Assembly (NCBI RefSeq): GCF_004010195.1
Contig: NC_057720.1
Coordinates: 32,326,650 to 32,390,649, forward strand
Direction: 5' to 3'
Source of the DNA: Chiloscyllium plagiosum
Lineage: Eukaryota
Length of the DNA: 64,000 nucleotides
In this document: positions 1 through 12,739 of the stretch, piece by piece
Numbering within the stretch: the stretch's first letter is position 1
How the letters are laid out: each line of letters opens with the position of its first letter
Position numbers and translations under genes: made by a program
Notes under the pieces: generated by a model
What the model saw: only the letters and a program-made list of their open reading frames with translations
Database searches by the model: none
What the model was told of the DNA's origin: nothing

Positions 1-210
1 CACTCCGGCCTATCACCCTCACCTTGACCTCCTTCCACCTATCGCATTTCCAACGCCCCTCCCCCAAGTCCCTCCTCCCTACCTTTTATCTTCGCCTGCT
101 GGACACACTTTCCTCATTCCTGAGGAAGGGTTCATGCCCGAAACATCAATTCTCCTGTTCCTTGGATGCTGCCTGACCTGCTGCGCTTTTCCAGCAACAC
201 ATTTTCAGCA
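1..210 (+). mobile_element. Penelope-like element 3' terminus (truncated by the window edge)
   Basis: Nearly identical to 56700-56880, which follows a GIY-YIG-like C-terminus. Carries a hammerhead-like core CTGAGGA-AGGGTTCATGCCC-GAAAC at 120-144. Confidence 0.8.
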
Positions 211-214
211 TTTA

Positions 215-1240
215 TCCTCTTGAGTCTATTTAGCAATTCAGACAGATCATGGCTCATCCACAATATAACTCTGCATACCTCTGCATAATCCTTAACAGCA
301 TAATGTAAAAGCATCAATCGATCTCAGTTTTAAAATTTACAACTGATCTCATATCAATTACTATTTGTCAAAGAGAGTTCCAAAATTCTACTCACCGTTG
401 TGTATAGAAGTGTTTCCAAATGTTACTCCTGAAAGGACGGGGTCTAATTTATACACTGTATCTCCTTCTCCTAGTTCCCCCAACCAGGGTAAATAATTTA
501 CTTCTAGTGTTTTTTTTTCCCTTTAATGTCTTCAAAATTTTGAACAAATCACTCCTTAATCTTTTATATTCAGGTAATCTGTCTTTATCATAAAACCAAT
601 AGAGTCCAATAATTATTCTAATAAATCTATGTTACATTCTCTCCAGGGTCATATCCATCTAAAGGTGGCGTCCAAAACTTCTCACAGGAACCTAGATATA
701 CACTAGCCAGCACTGCGTTTGGCTGAAGACCAGTTAGGGATGGATTAGAAATGCTGACCAAACCAGTGATGCCCACATCCCAATGATGAATTTTTGAAAA
801 GTCCGACATGACTCTTGGTTGGGGCAACTATTCAATCAGCATAATCCTCACAATTCACTATTTTGCCTAACTGAGCACCATCTGCACAGAGATTTTGCAG
901 TCAACACCCATCTCCAAATCATTTTTATAAACTAGAAAAAGCAAGGGTCCCAATACCAATACCTGGGAACACCACTTTCAAATTGTCTCCAATTTGAGAA
1001 ATACCCATCTATACTTACCCTCTGTTTCCAAACCGTTAGCCAACTTCTAATCCATGCTGCCAAATACCCATCAATCCAAAACATTTCTAATTTGCTAACC
1101 AATCTGCCATATACATGGAACCATATCAAATGGTTTCTGCAAGTCCAAAATGTAACATTCACAGCTCTACCCTCATCCATTACCTGAGCCACTTCGTCAA
1201 AGAACTCGATTAAATTTGTCAGACATGACCTGCGCTTGAC
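215..1240 (-). mobile_element. Degenerate CR1 LINE RT/3' fragment
   Basis: ORF 932-1477(-) contains RSCLTNLIEFFDEV..MDEG and WIRSWL..KQRV..W...ESGVP, typical of CR1 RT. Confidence 0.8.
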
Positions 1241-2319
1241 AAAGACAAAGAAGAATGAAAAAATGAACCAGACATCACAAAATAAATAGCAGCAACATAT
1301 CATGACTGTTTCCCAGTTCAGCTTCTGGTCAATTCTGACCGCTCCCTCATCTTGCAAGATGTTCTTGGTGGGGAACTTGGCAATAGTGATAATACTGATA
1401 TTAAAAAATGGTTGCGTTTTCTCTTGTTCAAGATAGTCACTAGCCAACACTCGTATGGTATGAATAGGACCTTCCACATGTCATGACAAAAATTGAATGT
1501 TATCTTAAGCCAACTGCATGGCTGCCACAGGCTCCTTTATTCGTGAATGAATTGTAAATTGTGCTGAAGACTGCAGAAGTCAAGTGACTGGAGCCAATGA
1601 CGTTTTGATGAATGGAACATTATTGTTGAAGATGTTGAAGATGTTTTAGCAAAGGACATTTGTCTGAGGAATTTGGACTGTGATGTCTCAGGGCTTGCAC
1701 ATATCACAAACTGATTTTGCTTTATAGAATTAATAACCATCAAATCTCAGTGACAACTGGGAGGTCATTTGCTTACAAGCTGCAGCATGTTATTCATTAT
1801 ACCATGGGAATGGTGACAGGCTGACAAGCATTCATTGAGAAACAGGAGTACCTAGGGGAAAAATAATGACTTCCAGCCACTGATGAATGACAGGGACAAA
1901 TGCCAGAGTTCTGAACAAGGCACCCAGCAAATTTAACATGACATCAATCTATGATCCTACCCAATATCGCAACAGCATCAACAAATTCAGGAAAGTTGCT
2001 GAAGTCACAAAAGAATGATGCACCTATTGTCCAGCATCAAGCCCAAGACTAGAAAATGGACTCATGTTGGTAAAGGATAATTACATTTTATATGATACTG
2101 TACACCATGAGTTGTCATTCTAAGCAGTTCCAATATTGGTTTGGCTGAGTGGTGTTCAGTTCAGCCTCAGCATTAGCGATAGCTTTGTTAAAACTAGTGA
2201 CAACATAGTTTGGTTTTATGGTGAAGAATACTGAAGGGCTGCACTACTATTCAGGGAAAGCATTGACTAAAACTCAGTTTAGTCTGTAGTGCCATTATAG
2301 CATTTAACACAGGGATTTC

Positions 2320-5163
2320 AATCTGAGACTGGTACAGTTGAGAACAAAGGTGAGTCAAACTGTCAGGGCAGGCAGAGACAAAGCAGAGAACAAGATAGGA
2401 CTGATAAATTAAATTGCATTTATTTCAATACAAGAGGCCTAACAGGGAAGGCAGATGAACGCAGGACCTGGTTAGGAACATGGGACTGGGATATCATAGC
2501 AATTACAGAAACATGGCTCAGGGGTGAACAGGACAGGCAGCTTAATATTCCAGGATACAAATGCTACAGGAAGGACAGAAAGCGAAGCAAGAGAGGAGGG
2601 GGAGTGCCGTTTTTGATAAGGAAAAGCATTACAGCTGTGCTGAGGGAGGATATCCTGGAAATACATCCAGGGAAGTTATTTGGGTGGAACTGAGAAATAA
2701 GAAAGCGATGATTACTTTATTGGGATTGTATTATAGACCCCTAATAGTCAGAGGGAAATTGAGAAACAAATTTGTAAGGAGATCTCAGTTATCTGTAAGA
2801 ATAGTAGGGTGGTTATAGTAGGGGATTTTAACTTTCCGAACATATACTGGGACTGCCATATTGTTAAGGGTTTAGATGAAGAGGAGTTTGTTAAGTGTGT
2901 ATAAGAACATTTTCTGATTCAGTATGTGGATGTACCGACTAGAGAAGGTGCAAAACTTGACCTACTCTTGGGAAATAAGGCAGGGCAGGTGACTGAGGTG
3001 TCAGTGGGGGAGCATTTTGGGGCCAGCGACCATAATTCTACTAGTTTTAAAATAGTGATTGAAAAGGATAGACTGGATTTAAAACTTGAAGATCTAAATT
3101 GGATAAAGGCCAAGAAAGTATATTCCTGTTAGGGTGAAAGGAAAGGTTAGTAGGTGTAGGGAATGCTGGATGACTAAAGAAATTGAGGGTTTGGTTAAGA
3201 AGAAGAAGGAAGCATATGTCAGATATAGACAGGATAGATCGAGTGAATCCTCAGAAGAGTATAAAGGAAGTAGGAATATACTTAAGAGGGAAATCAGGAG
3301 GGCAAAAAGGGGACATGAGATAGCTTTGGTAAATAGAATTAAGGAGAATCCAAAGATTTTTATAAATATATTAAGGACAAAAAGGTAACTAGGGAGTGAA
3401 TACGGCCCCTCAAAGATCAGCAAGGCGGTCTTTGTGTGGAGCTGCAGGAAATGGGGGAGATACTAATCGAGTATTTTGCAACTGTATTTACTGTCGGAAA
3501 GGACATGGAAGATATAGAATGTCAGGAAATAGATGGTGATATCTTGAAAAATATCCACATTACAGAGGAGGAAGTGCTGGATGTCTTAAAACGCATAAAA
3601 GTGGATAAATCCCCAAGACCTGATCAGGTGTACCCTAGAACTCTGTGAGAAGCTAGGGAAGTGATTGCTGGGCCTCTTACTGAGATATTTGTATTATCAA
3701 TAGTCACAGGTGAGGTGCCGGAAGACCGGAGGTTGATAATGTGATGCCACTGTTTAAGAAAGGTGGTGAGGGCAAGCCAGGGAACTATGACCAGTGAGCC
3801 TGATGTCGGTGGTGCACAAGTTGTTGGAGGGAATCCTGAGGGACAGGATGTACATGTATTTGGAAAGGCAAGGACTGATTAGGGATAGTCAACATGGCTT
3901 TGTGCATGGGAAATCATGTCTCACAAACTTGATTGAGTTTTTTGAAGAGGATTGATGAGGGCAGAATCGTGGACATGATCTATATGCACTTCAGTAAGGC
4001 ATTCAACAACGTTCCCCATGGGAGACTGGTTAGCAAGGTTAGATCTCATGGAATACAGGGAGAACTAACCATTTAGATACAGAACTGGCTCAAAGGTAGA
4101 AGACAGAGGGTGGTGGTGGAGGGTTGTTTTTTGGACTGGAGGCCTGTGACCAGTGGAGTGCCACAAGGATCGGTGCTGGGTCCACTAATTTTCATAATTT
4201 ATATAAATAATTTGGATGTGAGCATAAGAGGTGTAGTTAGTAAGTTTGCAGATGATACCAAAATTGAAGGTGTAGTGGACAGCGAAGAATGTTATCTCAG
4301 ATTACAATGGGATCTTCATCAGATGGGCCAATGGGCTGAGAAGTGGCAGATGAAGTTTAATTTAAATAAATGTGAGGTGCTGCATTTTGGGAAAGCAAAT
4401 CTTAGCAGGACTTACACAATTAATGGTAAGGTCCAATGGAGTGTTGCTGAACAAAGAGACCTTGGAGTGCAGGTTCATAGTTCCTTGAAAGTGGAGTCGC
4501 AGGTAGATAGGATAGTGAAGAAGGCATTTGGTATGCTTTCCTTTATTGGTCAGAGTATTGAGTACAGGAGTTGGGAGGTCATGTTGCAGCTGTGCAGGAC
4601 ATTGGTTAGGCCACTGTTGGAATATTGCAATTCTGGTCTCTTTCCTATCGGAAAGATGTTGTGAAACTTGAAAGGGTTCAGAAAAGACTTACAAGGATGT
4701 TGCCAGGAGTGAACTATTTGTGTTATGGGGAGAGGTTGAATAGGCTAGGGCTGTTTTCCCTGGAGCATCGGAGGCTGAGGGGTGACCTTATAGAGGTTTA
4801 CAAAATCATGAGGGGCATGGATAGGATAAAGAGACAAAGTTTTTTCCCTGGGATGGGGGCTGTCCAGATCTAGAGGACATAGGTTTTGGGTGAGAGGGAA
4901 AAGTTACAAAAGAGACCTAAGGAGCAACTTTTTCACGCAGAGTGTAATATGTGTATGGAATGAGCTGCCACAGGAAGTGTGCAGGCTGTGAAAATTGCAA
5001 CATTTAAAAGGCATCTGGATGAGTATATGAATAGAAAGGGTTTGGCGGGATATGGGCCAGGTACTGGCAGGTGGGAATAGATTGGGTTGGGATATCTGGT
5101 CGGCATTGACGAGTTGGATCAAAGGGTCTGTTTCCATGCTGTACATCTCTATGACTCTATGAC
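2320..5163 (+). mobile_element. CR1 LINE (ORF2: APE endonuclease + RT), frameshifted and internally deleted
   Basis: DIIAITETWL, GDFNF, LDLLLGN, DHN endonuclease motifs; [10 protein letters not shown] and KFADDTK RT motifs; RRLRGDLIEVYK; (CTCTATGA)n tail ending near 5163. Confidence 0.95.
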
Positions 5164-5727
5164 CACAGCAGTAAATTTAATGTATTGCCAACAATGGAGC
5201 AAAGGTTCAGACCCTAAGTTCTCAAATTAAGAACTTCTGTAAAAGTGACAAAGGATCCAGGACAGATAACGCAATGTGTAACGAGACCTGACATGGTATT
5301 TCAGAGTGTGGACACTGTAGTGGAGAGTCATGCATGGACGATGAATAGGTTGTTTGATGTACAGAAAAATCTCTCTATAATGCAGTCAGGAATGATGCCT
5401 GTAGCACCTTTGAATTGTGCATGCTCAAGCAGACAAGGGAATATCTGAGACAAATTCCTGCAGGTGAGATACCTCCATGCATAACAAATGCACACTTTAT
5501 CAACCTATCACAAGGAGCATGGCTTGAGCAGCTGCCAGCTCAAGGGCCTAGCACATGTATATAAGACTGATATGGTATAAATTGTACATAATAATCCTAG
5601 TTGGTATTGTTATGACAATCCCAGTTATACCACAGTCAACACCCATTGAAACATTATACAGAGTAGAGAATATTGGGGCTATTAGAGATTATAATGTGAG
5701 GTGTCATAATATATTGTCATATGCAAT

Positions 5728-6170
5728 AGAGAGGTTCACTAAGATGATCCTGGTATGGAAGGATTGTCTTATGAGCAAAGGTTAAACAGGTTGGGACTGT
5801 ACTCATTTGAGTTTAGAAGAATGAGGTGCTTTCATTGAGACGTATGGATTCTTAAGTGGCTTTACAGGGTAAATGCTGAGAGTCAAGGACCAGAGAGCAT
5901 CGTCTCAGAATTAAATGACTGAGAAGAGGAAGAATTTATTCTCTCATTTGAGCCTTTAGAACTCCTTGCCACAGAGAAGTGCAGATACCTTGTGTGTACA
6001 TTTAAAACTGAGATAGATAGATTCTTGTTCAGTTGAGCAATCAAAGATGTTGGGGATAGGGCAGGAGAGCGAAAGTGAGGATTATCAGATCAGCCATGAT
6101 GCTATTGAATGGCTGAACAAGCTCGAGAGAGTGAAAGGCCTACCCCTCTTCCTATTTCTGATAGTATTGT
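5728..6170 (+). mobile_element. CR1 LINE 3' fragment inserted in the env-like fossil
   Basis: RFTKMI..GLSYEQRLNRLGLYS-type coding end followed by a CR1 3' UTR (cagccatgat..attgaatgg..gctcga..ggcctac..cctatttct). Confidence 0.8.
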
Positions 6171-9100
6171 AGGTAGAAGAAAATAAATAACCATCTGCCT
6201 TTGATAGATGAGGTGTAGCAGCCTCTTTGGTGTATCTTCATATCATGATATATGAGTCAGAAGAAGTAAAGTCTGGGTTTAATGCAGCAAACAAATGTAC
6301 ACTGGAAGCAACTAAAAATGCATATCTGTGTACAGGGAGATATAGTACCACCATGTCGCAGAAGGTTTATCAATGTGGGGACAATCAATCATGTTCTATA
6401 ACTAGCCATGTGGTGTGTCTATACTTACTAGTAGTGGCTACACTATAAAAGGTAGAACTAGTGGAAATCTACAGAAGAGTGAATATAAGATGAAGGAAGA
6501 CATTAAGTAAAATCTGACACAATATCTGAAGTAGTTCTCTTACAAAATCCCACTGTTGCTTGAATGTCCTTTGATCTACAATGATGAGACCCTGAGAGTG
6601 CTTAGAACATGTTACACACTGCAGGAACATCTTAGGGCATTGGTTGACAATGTCAAAGATACTATCACTTGGTCACAGGATCAACAGAATTTTGGATCAA
6701 ATGTACAGATACACCATGGATTATGATTGTCTGTTTGGTTTTTAATAGTTGATATTGGTTCTATACTTAAGATTGTTGGTTTACTGCACCAGAAGGAACA
6801 CAGGAGATGTCAAGGAGAATGAGATTTGAAGAACTTGGAACTGCTGCTAACATAAATTTGAGAAACATGCGAATGTCGAGAACTCCAAGATAGTTACAAT
6901 ATTCATAGCTGCTGGTGATCGAGGACATGGTCAGGACATCTAAGGTCTTTAAACTACATTTTATTTATTTCTCTTTTTATATTGGACACTATTCCCATTT
7001 CAACTTTGCACTTTTTGTTTGTGCGTTTGATGTCACATTTTTATTATTTTTCTCAGGTTAAGTAGGTATTAAAATTCCTTTCTCCTTATCTGAAGAAAAC
7101 CTTGGAGTTGGCTCCTTAATATTTCTTGTAAATTCGCTAACCACATTTGAATTGGAGTGACATGTGGCTGTGTGCTAGAATAATGATTAAATCTTTGTTG
7201 CAGTCAACTGAGAAGGTTGAAAAATGGGAAGACAAGGCACCAGCAACTTGCCAAACCTCCTTCAAAACCTGCAACCTCTACAACCTCAAAAGATAAGGGC
7301 AGCAGATAAGGAAACATCAGCACCTGTACCTTTCCCTCCAGTCTACACATTATTCTAACTTGGAGCTATTCCCTTACATGGCTAGGTCTAAACTCTGAGT
7401 CTTCCTTTCCCACAACACATGACCTGCTGCTATTCGAGAAGCCAGGTCAGCACCACTGCTTACGATGGTGGACAAGCAGTGCTGCTTTTGCAAGCAATGC
7501 TCATATCTTATGGTAGAATAAAGCAAATATTGATCTATTAGCTTTAAAGTGGCCCAACTGTAAGGAATGTGCCAGATTGTGAGATGCAGAACATGATTAA
7601 GTAACTTTCAAAAGATACTAGAATAATACAATGATAACTATACAGTCTAAAGGCGAATGGTCTGTTTTATTTAGCATTTTAAGGCTCAGTTTTGATTTTA
7701 CTTTTTATGCCCTTTTGGTCTCAAAAGCCCAAAGTTGTTTTTTAAAGTAGATGAGACATACATTTGCAATCCATTGGCAATTCCACTTTATAATTGTTTA
7801 ATGGGATGTTCAGCTGTTCTAATTGCATAATGTCTTGCCCACAGTAGTGTATAAATTCAGGAAATTTATAGGGTGAAGATTAACTGTGGGCATCAACTCT
7901 CTTCATCACATTACCATTACAAAAATTGCCACATGACCCTATTCTTGCCTTGTTAATTGCCATATTGTTTCCAGTGATTCATCTTTTTGAGGATGGCAAC
8001 AATTTCGGAACCATTACAAAGAATTAGCCTGAAAACATTTTACATTTAATTCTCTCCCGCAATCTGTATTTACCATAATTATACTTCACTTATTTTGGCA
8101 TTCTGTAGATCTGATACCTTGGCACTAATTCATTATAAATGGCCTGTAAACACTGATTTTCTATGGGAGAGAATGTAGATTAGGCATGATAATAAAGTGA
8201 CATGAACAGTTACTTAATTCAGGACCTCATTATTGTTCTCTGTGGGAATATAGTATACTGGACTTCAGTTATTCACTTCCTGTTCTCTCTATAAAATAAT
8301 TCTAAGCCTTCCTGAGAACTTTTTAAGCTCCCAATGAATCACGTATCATAATTCTTTTTTTATATCAGAGTTAAACTGATTGTGTAGGGAGACCAGATTG
8401 AAATACTGCACATGCCAAACTATGTGTGAAATAGAGAAACAAATGGTGGTAAAGTAAAGAATATTCCAGAAACAGGAGGGATCTGATAAGGGAAAGATGC
8501 AAGGCAGTCTACCATGGGTTTGGAGTGCATATGTAAACATGCGCATAACATGGCAGATACAGCCAGTCATCATGTGGCAATAACTGAGGGTTGGTTCAAA
8601 GAAAGGAAGAAATGAGAACAGTCTTTCTGGTTAAAAGAAAAATAGATAAAAGGAAAAAGGATGCAGTGGCAGTAATAAAGCACCAGTGAGGGATGATGTA
8701 GTTGAGGGGACCCTATATTTGGTTGGGATTAAGGAACAGCAGAACAGCTTGTTGGTTATTATAGACTAAAAATTGTGGGCAGAGGATAGAAGGACAATGT
8801 GTAGTCAGATTCCATAAAGATGCAGAACTACAGAAATGTCATAATGGGTAACTTAAATCATCCTTGCATAGATTGGGTTAATAACAGGACCATAGCAGAA
8901 GAATCCCAGAAATACGCATGAAAGATCTTTCTTATCTAGTCAAAGAGAAATGAAGCAATGCTAAATCTGGTTCTGGCAAGTAAAGTGTGGCAAGTGAAGC
9001 AAGTTTCAATAAAGGAAAAATTTGGAGAAGAATATCATAATATCATCAGGTTTAGAATAGCTATGGAAAATGATAAGGACCAACTAAACATTAAAAAGCA

Positions 9101-10508
9101 GGAGGAAGACTAATTTATTGCATTGAAAAAGAATCTGACCCAACATGGAATCAAAGATTGATAAGCAGACACTGCTTGCTCAATGGGAGCCCTTCAAAGA
9201 GGATATGCTTAAATTCAGTATAGAAGTGATCCTGCCAGGAAGAAGACAAGAGCTGGAATTCATGGCTACCAAAGACACGGTAGCCAGAGACAGTAAAAGG
9301 AACTTGATGAAAAGTGTAATCTTCATAATGCAAAACAGAATGAAGCTGATTATTGAATGTACAGAGGAAATATGAACAAAATAAGCTGGCAAAGAGAAAG
9401 GTTGAGAGTAGATTTGGGACTAATATAAAAGAGAGCACAAAAATATTTTGTAAATATATAAATAGTAAGGAGAGTAGGGGTAAGGCAGTTCATGATCCAA
9501 AAAGGCAATAGTCTTAGGTTGGCAGAGGGCACGGCTGAAATACAATGAGTGCATTATATCCATCTTTGTTGCAATCAAAAATGTTGAAAAGTAGTAGTAA
9601 AAGAGTTGGTTATAATATTGGGCTGGATAAAAATTAAAAATGGGAGATATTTAAAAGTTGTCAGTCCTCAAAGTAGAACAACCCGTCAGATGGGATGCAT
9701 TCAAGGTTATCAATTAAAGTATGGGTCGCATTGTGAGGCTATTTTTCACAATTTTCTCTCCTCTTTAAATATGGGAGGGTGCTGGAGGGCTGGTAGATTG
9801 CAAATTTTTCGGGGAAAGGAATAAACCCTGCAATAGAGGCCAGTCAGCCTAATGTGATGTAGGTAAGATGTTTAGTGCTAAAGTTCAGAAATAAAATAAT
9901 TGCCATTTGAAAAATATGGGTTAATCATTAAGAGTCAACACAGATTTGTTAAAGAAAAATCATATTTGATTAATTTATTGAATTCTTTGTTGAGGTAACA
10001 GAGAACAGATGGATGAAATGAAATATCCCCCACACACCAGTGGCCAGTTTGGAGTTAAGGGACATTTAATTGGGCAAGAAGGTATGCTTTCCCCCACTAA
10101 CTCAATTCAGTCTGGGATGGGAAATCTAATCAATAGCATACATTTTCTGATTAAGGGACCTAGCATTGGGAAGTAAGGGGTGGGCTGCTGAGCCTTTGAC
10201 TATCTCCTGAACATCTGCCCTCCCAACATCCAGTGACCTCCATCCTATCCTCTTCACCTGTGACCTGGGTTTCTTCACTGATTCTTGGCCTCTGGTAAGT
10301 ACGTTACCATCAGTAGTTATCACCCTCATTAGCATTGGTGGAAAGAGCTTTCAGCCATCAAGGCATAGAACATAGAACAGTGCACACAGGGACAGGCCCT
10401 TCTGCCCACATGATGTCATTCTAAACTAATCCCATCTTTCGACACATGGTCCATATCCCTTTGTTTCCTGCCTGTTCATGTTCCTATATAAATACATCTT
10501 AAACATTG

Positions 10509-10605
10509 TTAAAAATCACACAACACCAGGTTATAGTCCAACAGGTTTAATTGGAAGCACACTAGCTTTTGGAGCGACGCTCCTTCATCAGGTGATTGTC
10601 CGAAT
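10509..10605 (-). mobile_element. Short Penelope-type terminal fragment (family 2) with 14-bp TSD
   Basis: TSD CATCTTAAACATTG at 10495-10508 and 10606-10619. Minus-strand CTGATGA-AGGAGCGTCGCTCC-AAAAGCT core. Confidence 0.75.
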
Positions 10606-10827
10606 CATCTTAAACATTGCTATTGTAACGGGATTGAGAGAGGACCCCGGCTGCTGGGCTTCTAAATTCCAAGGGGAAACCCCAGTGCTGGATTGAAATT
10701 TAAATCTAGTGAGCTTTCTCTAACAGATTTGGTATAGGGCATCCATCCACTCTGACAGTAGTCCTCCTCATCATCAAAACTAAATTCCACCCAATAAGGG
10801 TAGTATGACTAATGTTGTGTATGTGGA

Positions 10828-11275
10828 CAAAGTTAAAATATTACACAACACCAGGTTATAGTCCAACAGGTTTATTTGGAAGCATGAGCTTTTGGAGCGC
10901 CGCTCCTTCATCAGACAACCACCTGATGAAGGAACGGCGCTCTGAAAGCTAGTGCTTCCAAATAAACCTGTTAGCCAATAACCTGGTGTTGAGAGAGTGG
11001 TGCCGGAAACGCACAGAGGTCAGACAGCATCCGAGGAGCAGGAGAATCGCCGTTTCAGGCATAAGCCCTTCATCAGGAATGACTCCTGATGAAAGGCTTA
11101 TGCCTGAAAAGTAGTTTCTCCTGCTCCTCGGATGCTGCCTGACCTGCTGTGCTTTTCCAGCACCACACCTCGACTCTGATCCCCAGCGTCTGCAGACCTC
11201 ACTTTCTCCTAATAACCTGGTGTTGTATAATTTTTAACTTTGTCCACTCCAGTCCAACACCGGCACCTCCAAGTC
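10828..11275. mobile_element. Palindromic Penelope-type element (family 2) containing a nested palindromic family-1 element (10992-11210)
   Basis: Outer TSD GTTGT(G/C)TATGTGGA at 10814-10827 and 11276-11289. Inner TSD AATAACCTGGTGTTG at 10977-10991 and 11211-11225. Both elements have inverted arms. Confidence 0.85.
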
Positions 11276-11394
11276 GTTGTCTATGTGGATTTTCAAAAGA
11301 TGTATGGAAAAGTACACCATAATTGACTTGTTAAAGGAACTATAGAGATTGTAGTGTACGAATAAAGTGGGTGAGGAACAGAAATCAGGGAGTA

Positions 11395-11512
11395 CTGGTT
11401 AATAGTTGTTTTTTAGGCCACAAGGAATCATACAGCGATATTCAGACCTACTGCTGGTTAATAGTTGTTTTTTAGGCCACAAGGAAGCATACAGCCATAT
11501 TCAGTCCTACTG
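11395..11512 (+). repeat. Tandem duplication, 2 x ~59 bp
   Basis: CTGGTTAATAGTTGTTTTTTAGGCCACAAGGAA.CATACAGC.ATATTCAG.CCTACTG occurs twice with 3 mismatches, inside the decayed CR1. Confidence 0.9.
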
Positions 11513-12739
11513 CTGTTTTTGATATTTATTTCAACAACAATTAAAGCCAAAAAGAATCAGGGTCTATGCTTGTAATAGTTAAAATTTCAGTGTTAGAAGA
11601 GCAAACTAGCAAAAGTTAATATTTATCAGAGTTTTAAAAGTGTACTTAAATTGAAATGAATTAACTTTTTGTGGTGAATTTAATTCATGCATCAACTATA
11701 TGCCTTCCAATGGCAAACCAGACAGTGAAGTGCAGTTTGTGCAAAGCAGCACAATTCATAGTCATACCACATGGAAACAGATCCTTCGGTCCAACTAGTC
11801 CACGCCAATCATGTTCTCAAACTAAACTCGTCCAACGTGCCTGCATTTGGCTCATATCCCTCCAAACCTTTCCCATTCACGTAATTATCAAAATGTCTTT
11901 TAAATGTTGTAACTGTACCTGCATCCACCACATCTTCTAGCAGTACATTCCACACACGAACCACTCTCAGTGTAAAAGGTTGCCCCTATTTTTTTAAAAC
12001 TTTCTCCACTCACCTTCAAAATATGTCCCCTACTTTTGAACATTTACAATTCACCTCATCAATGTTCCTCAGGATTCAGACATCAACTTTTGGATTCCTG
12101 TATTTAATTGTGCATCTGATCTTGTCTGAAGTTGCTGGAGCAGTTGCGTATTTAATGGTCAGGGACAGTGGTCTCACTGTTATGGCCTCAGTAATTTTGG
12201 GTGTTAAGGTACTGAAAGAAAATTTCAGTCTCAGTACAAGAAGCAGTTGTACTGCTACAGGAATTGAGGGTTGTCCACAGCTTAAAGGGCTAAGATTCAT
12301 CATTATTGGTTTTCCACTGGTGAAGAGGCCAGGAAGAGATTCTCTGTTGGCTTGATGGTAACACAATGATAAGGTGTGAAACAGTAAAGGGATCTGTGTC
12401 CCTGCGGACTGTATGCGCCCAATATTACTGAAAGGGGGCTCGAGTAAAACATCAGTGTGAACCCTATCATTGCATACCTTGCCATAAAACGTGCAATGTA
12501 AAAAAAATAGTTACAATATATCCAGCGTTTTCTGTTGTTTCAACCAACACCTGCAAAGGAGAGAAATTACTCCAAACCATTCAGGAAAATCTTGAGATTC
12601 ATTGAAATGAACATAACTTTAATGTAATAATGTTGAAGGAGTGGTCTTGTTCATGATGTTAGTGTATTTTATTTTCAGACCAGTTGAGTTGTGGGGGGGT
12701 GAGCTGGGGACAAGTGCTGTGTTCGCATTGAGGAGAAGA

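Larger units (their letters stand above)
2019..6830 (+). pseudogene. Degenerate viral-type class I fusion/envelope glycoprotein gene (paramyxovirus-F-like / lokiretrovirus-Env-like) in three pieces: ~2019-2317, ~5165-5730, ~6170-6830
   Basis: Frameshift-tolerant translation gives, in order: CPASSPRLENGLMLVKDNYILYD; *LKL/SLVCSAIIAFNTGI joined across the CR1 to TAVNLM; a heptad-like segment ending ..VVESHAWTMNRL; LRQIPAGEIPPCI; GIVMTIPVIPQSTPIETLYRVENIG..ILSYAIER; FDR*..IYESEEVKSGFNAANKCTLE..CGDNQSC; a hydrophobic PWIMIVCLVF..ILVLYLRLLVYC followed by TRRN. Many stops and frameshifts. Confidence 0.6.
8540..11525 (+). mobile_element. Old, heavily decayed CR1 LINE carrying several nested insertions
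   Basis: Scattered endonuclease and RT remnants (VAITE, MGNLNHP, SQHRFVK..LINLLNSL, VVYVD/FQK) interrupted by younger elements. Boundaries are approximate. Confidence 0.6.

Noticed and set aside
4110..4873. RT-containing ORFs as a possibly active retrotransposon or retron-like system
   Set aside because: Ordinary CR1 ORF2 broken by stops, frameshifts and deletions. No intact LINE is present in the window.
6830..7250. Searched for a polypurine tract and 3' LTR after the env-like fossil
   Set aside because: No convincing PPT, TG..CA boundaries or matching upstream repeat were seen.
12070..12500. Overlapping ~100-aa ORFs on both strands upstream of the promoter
   Set aside because: No recognisable motif or splice structure, and the lengths are compatible with chance.
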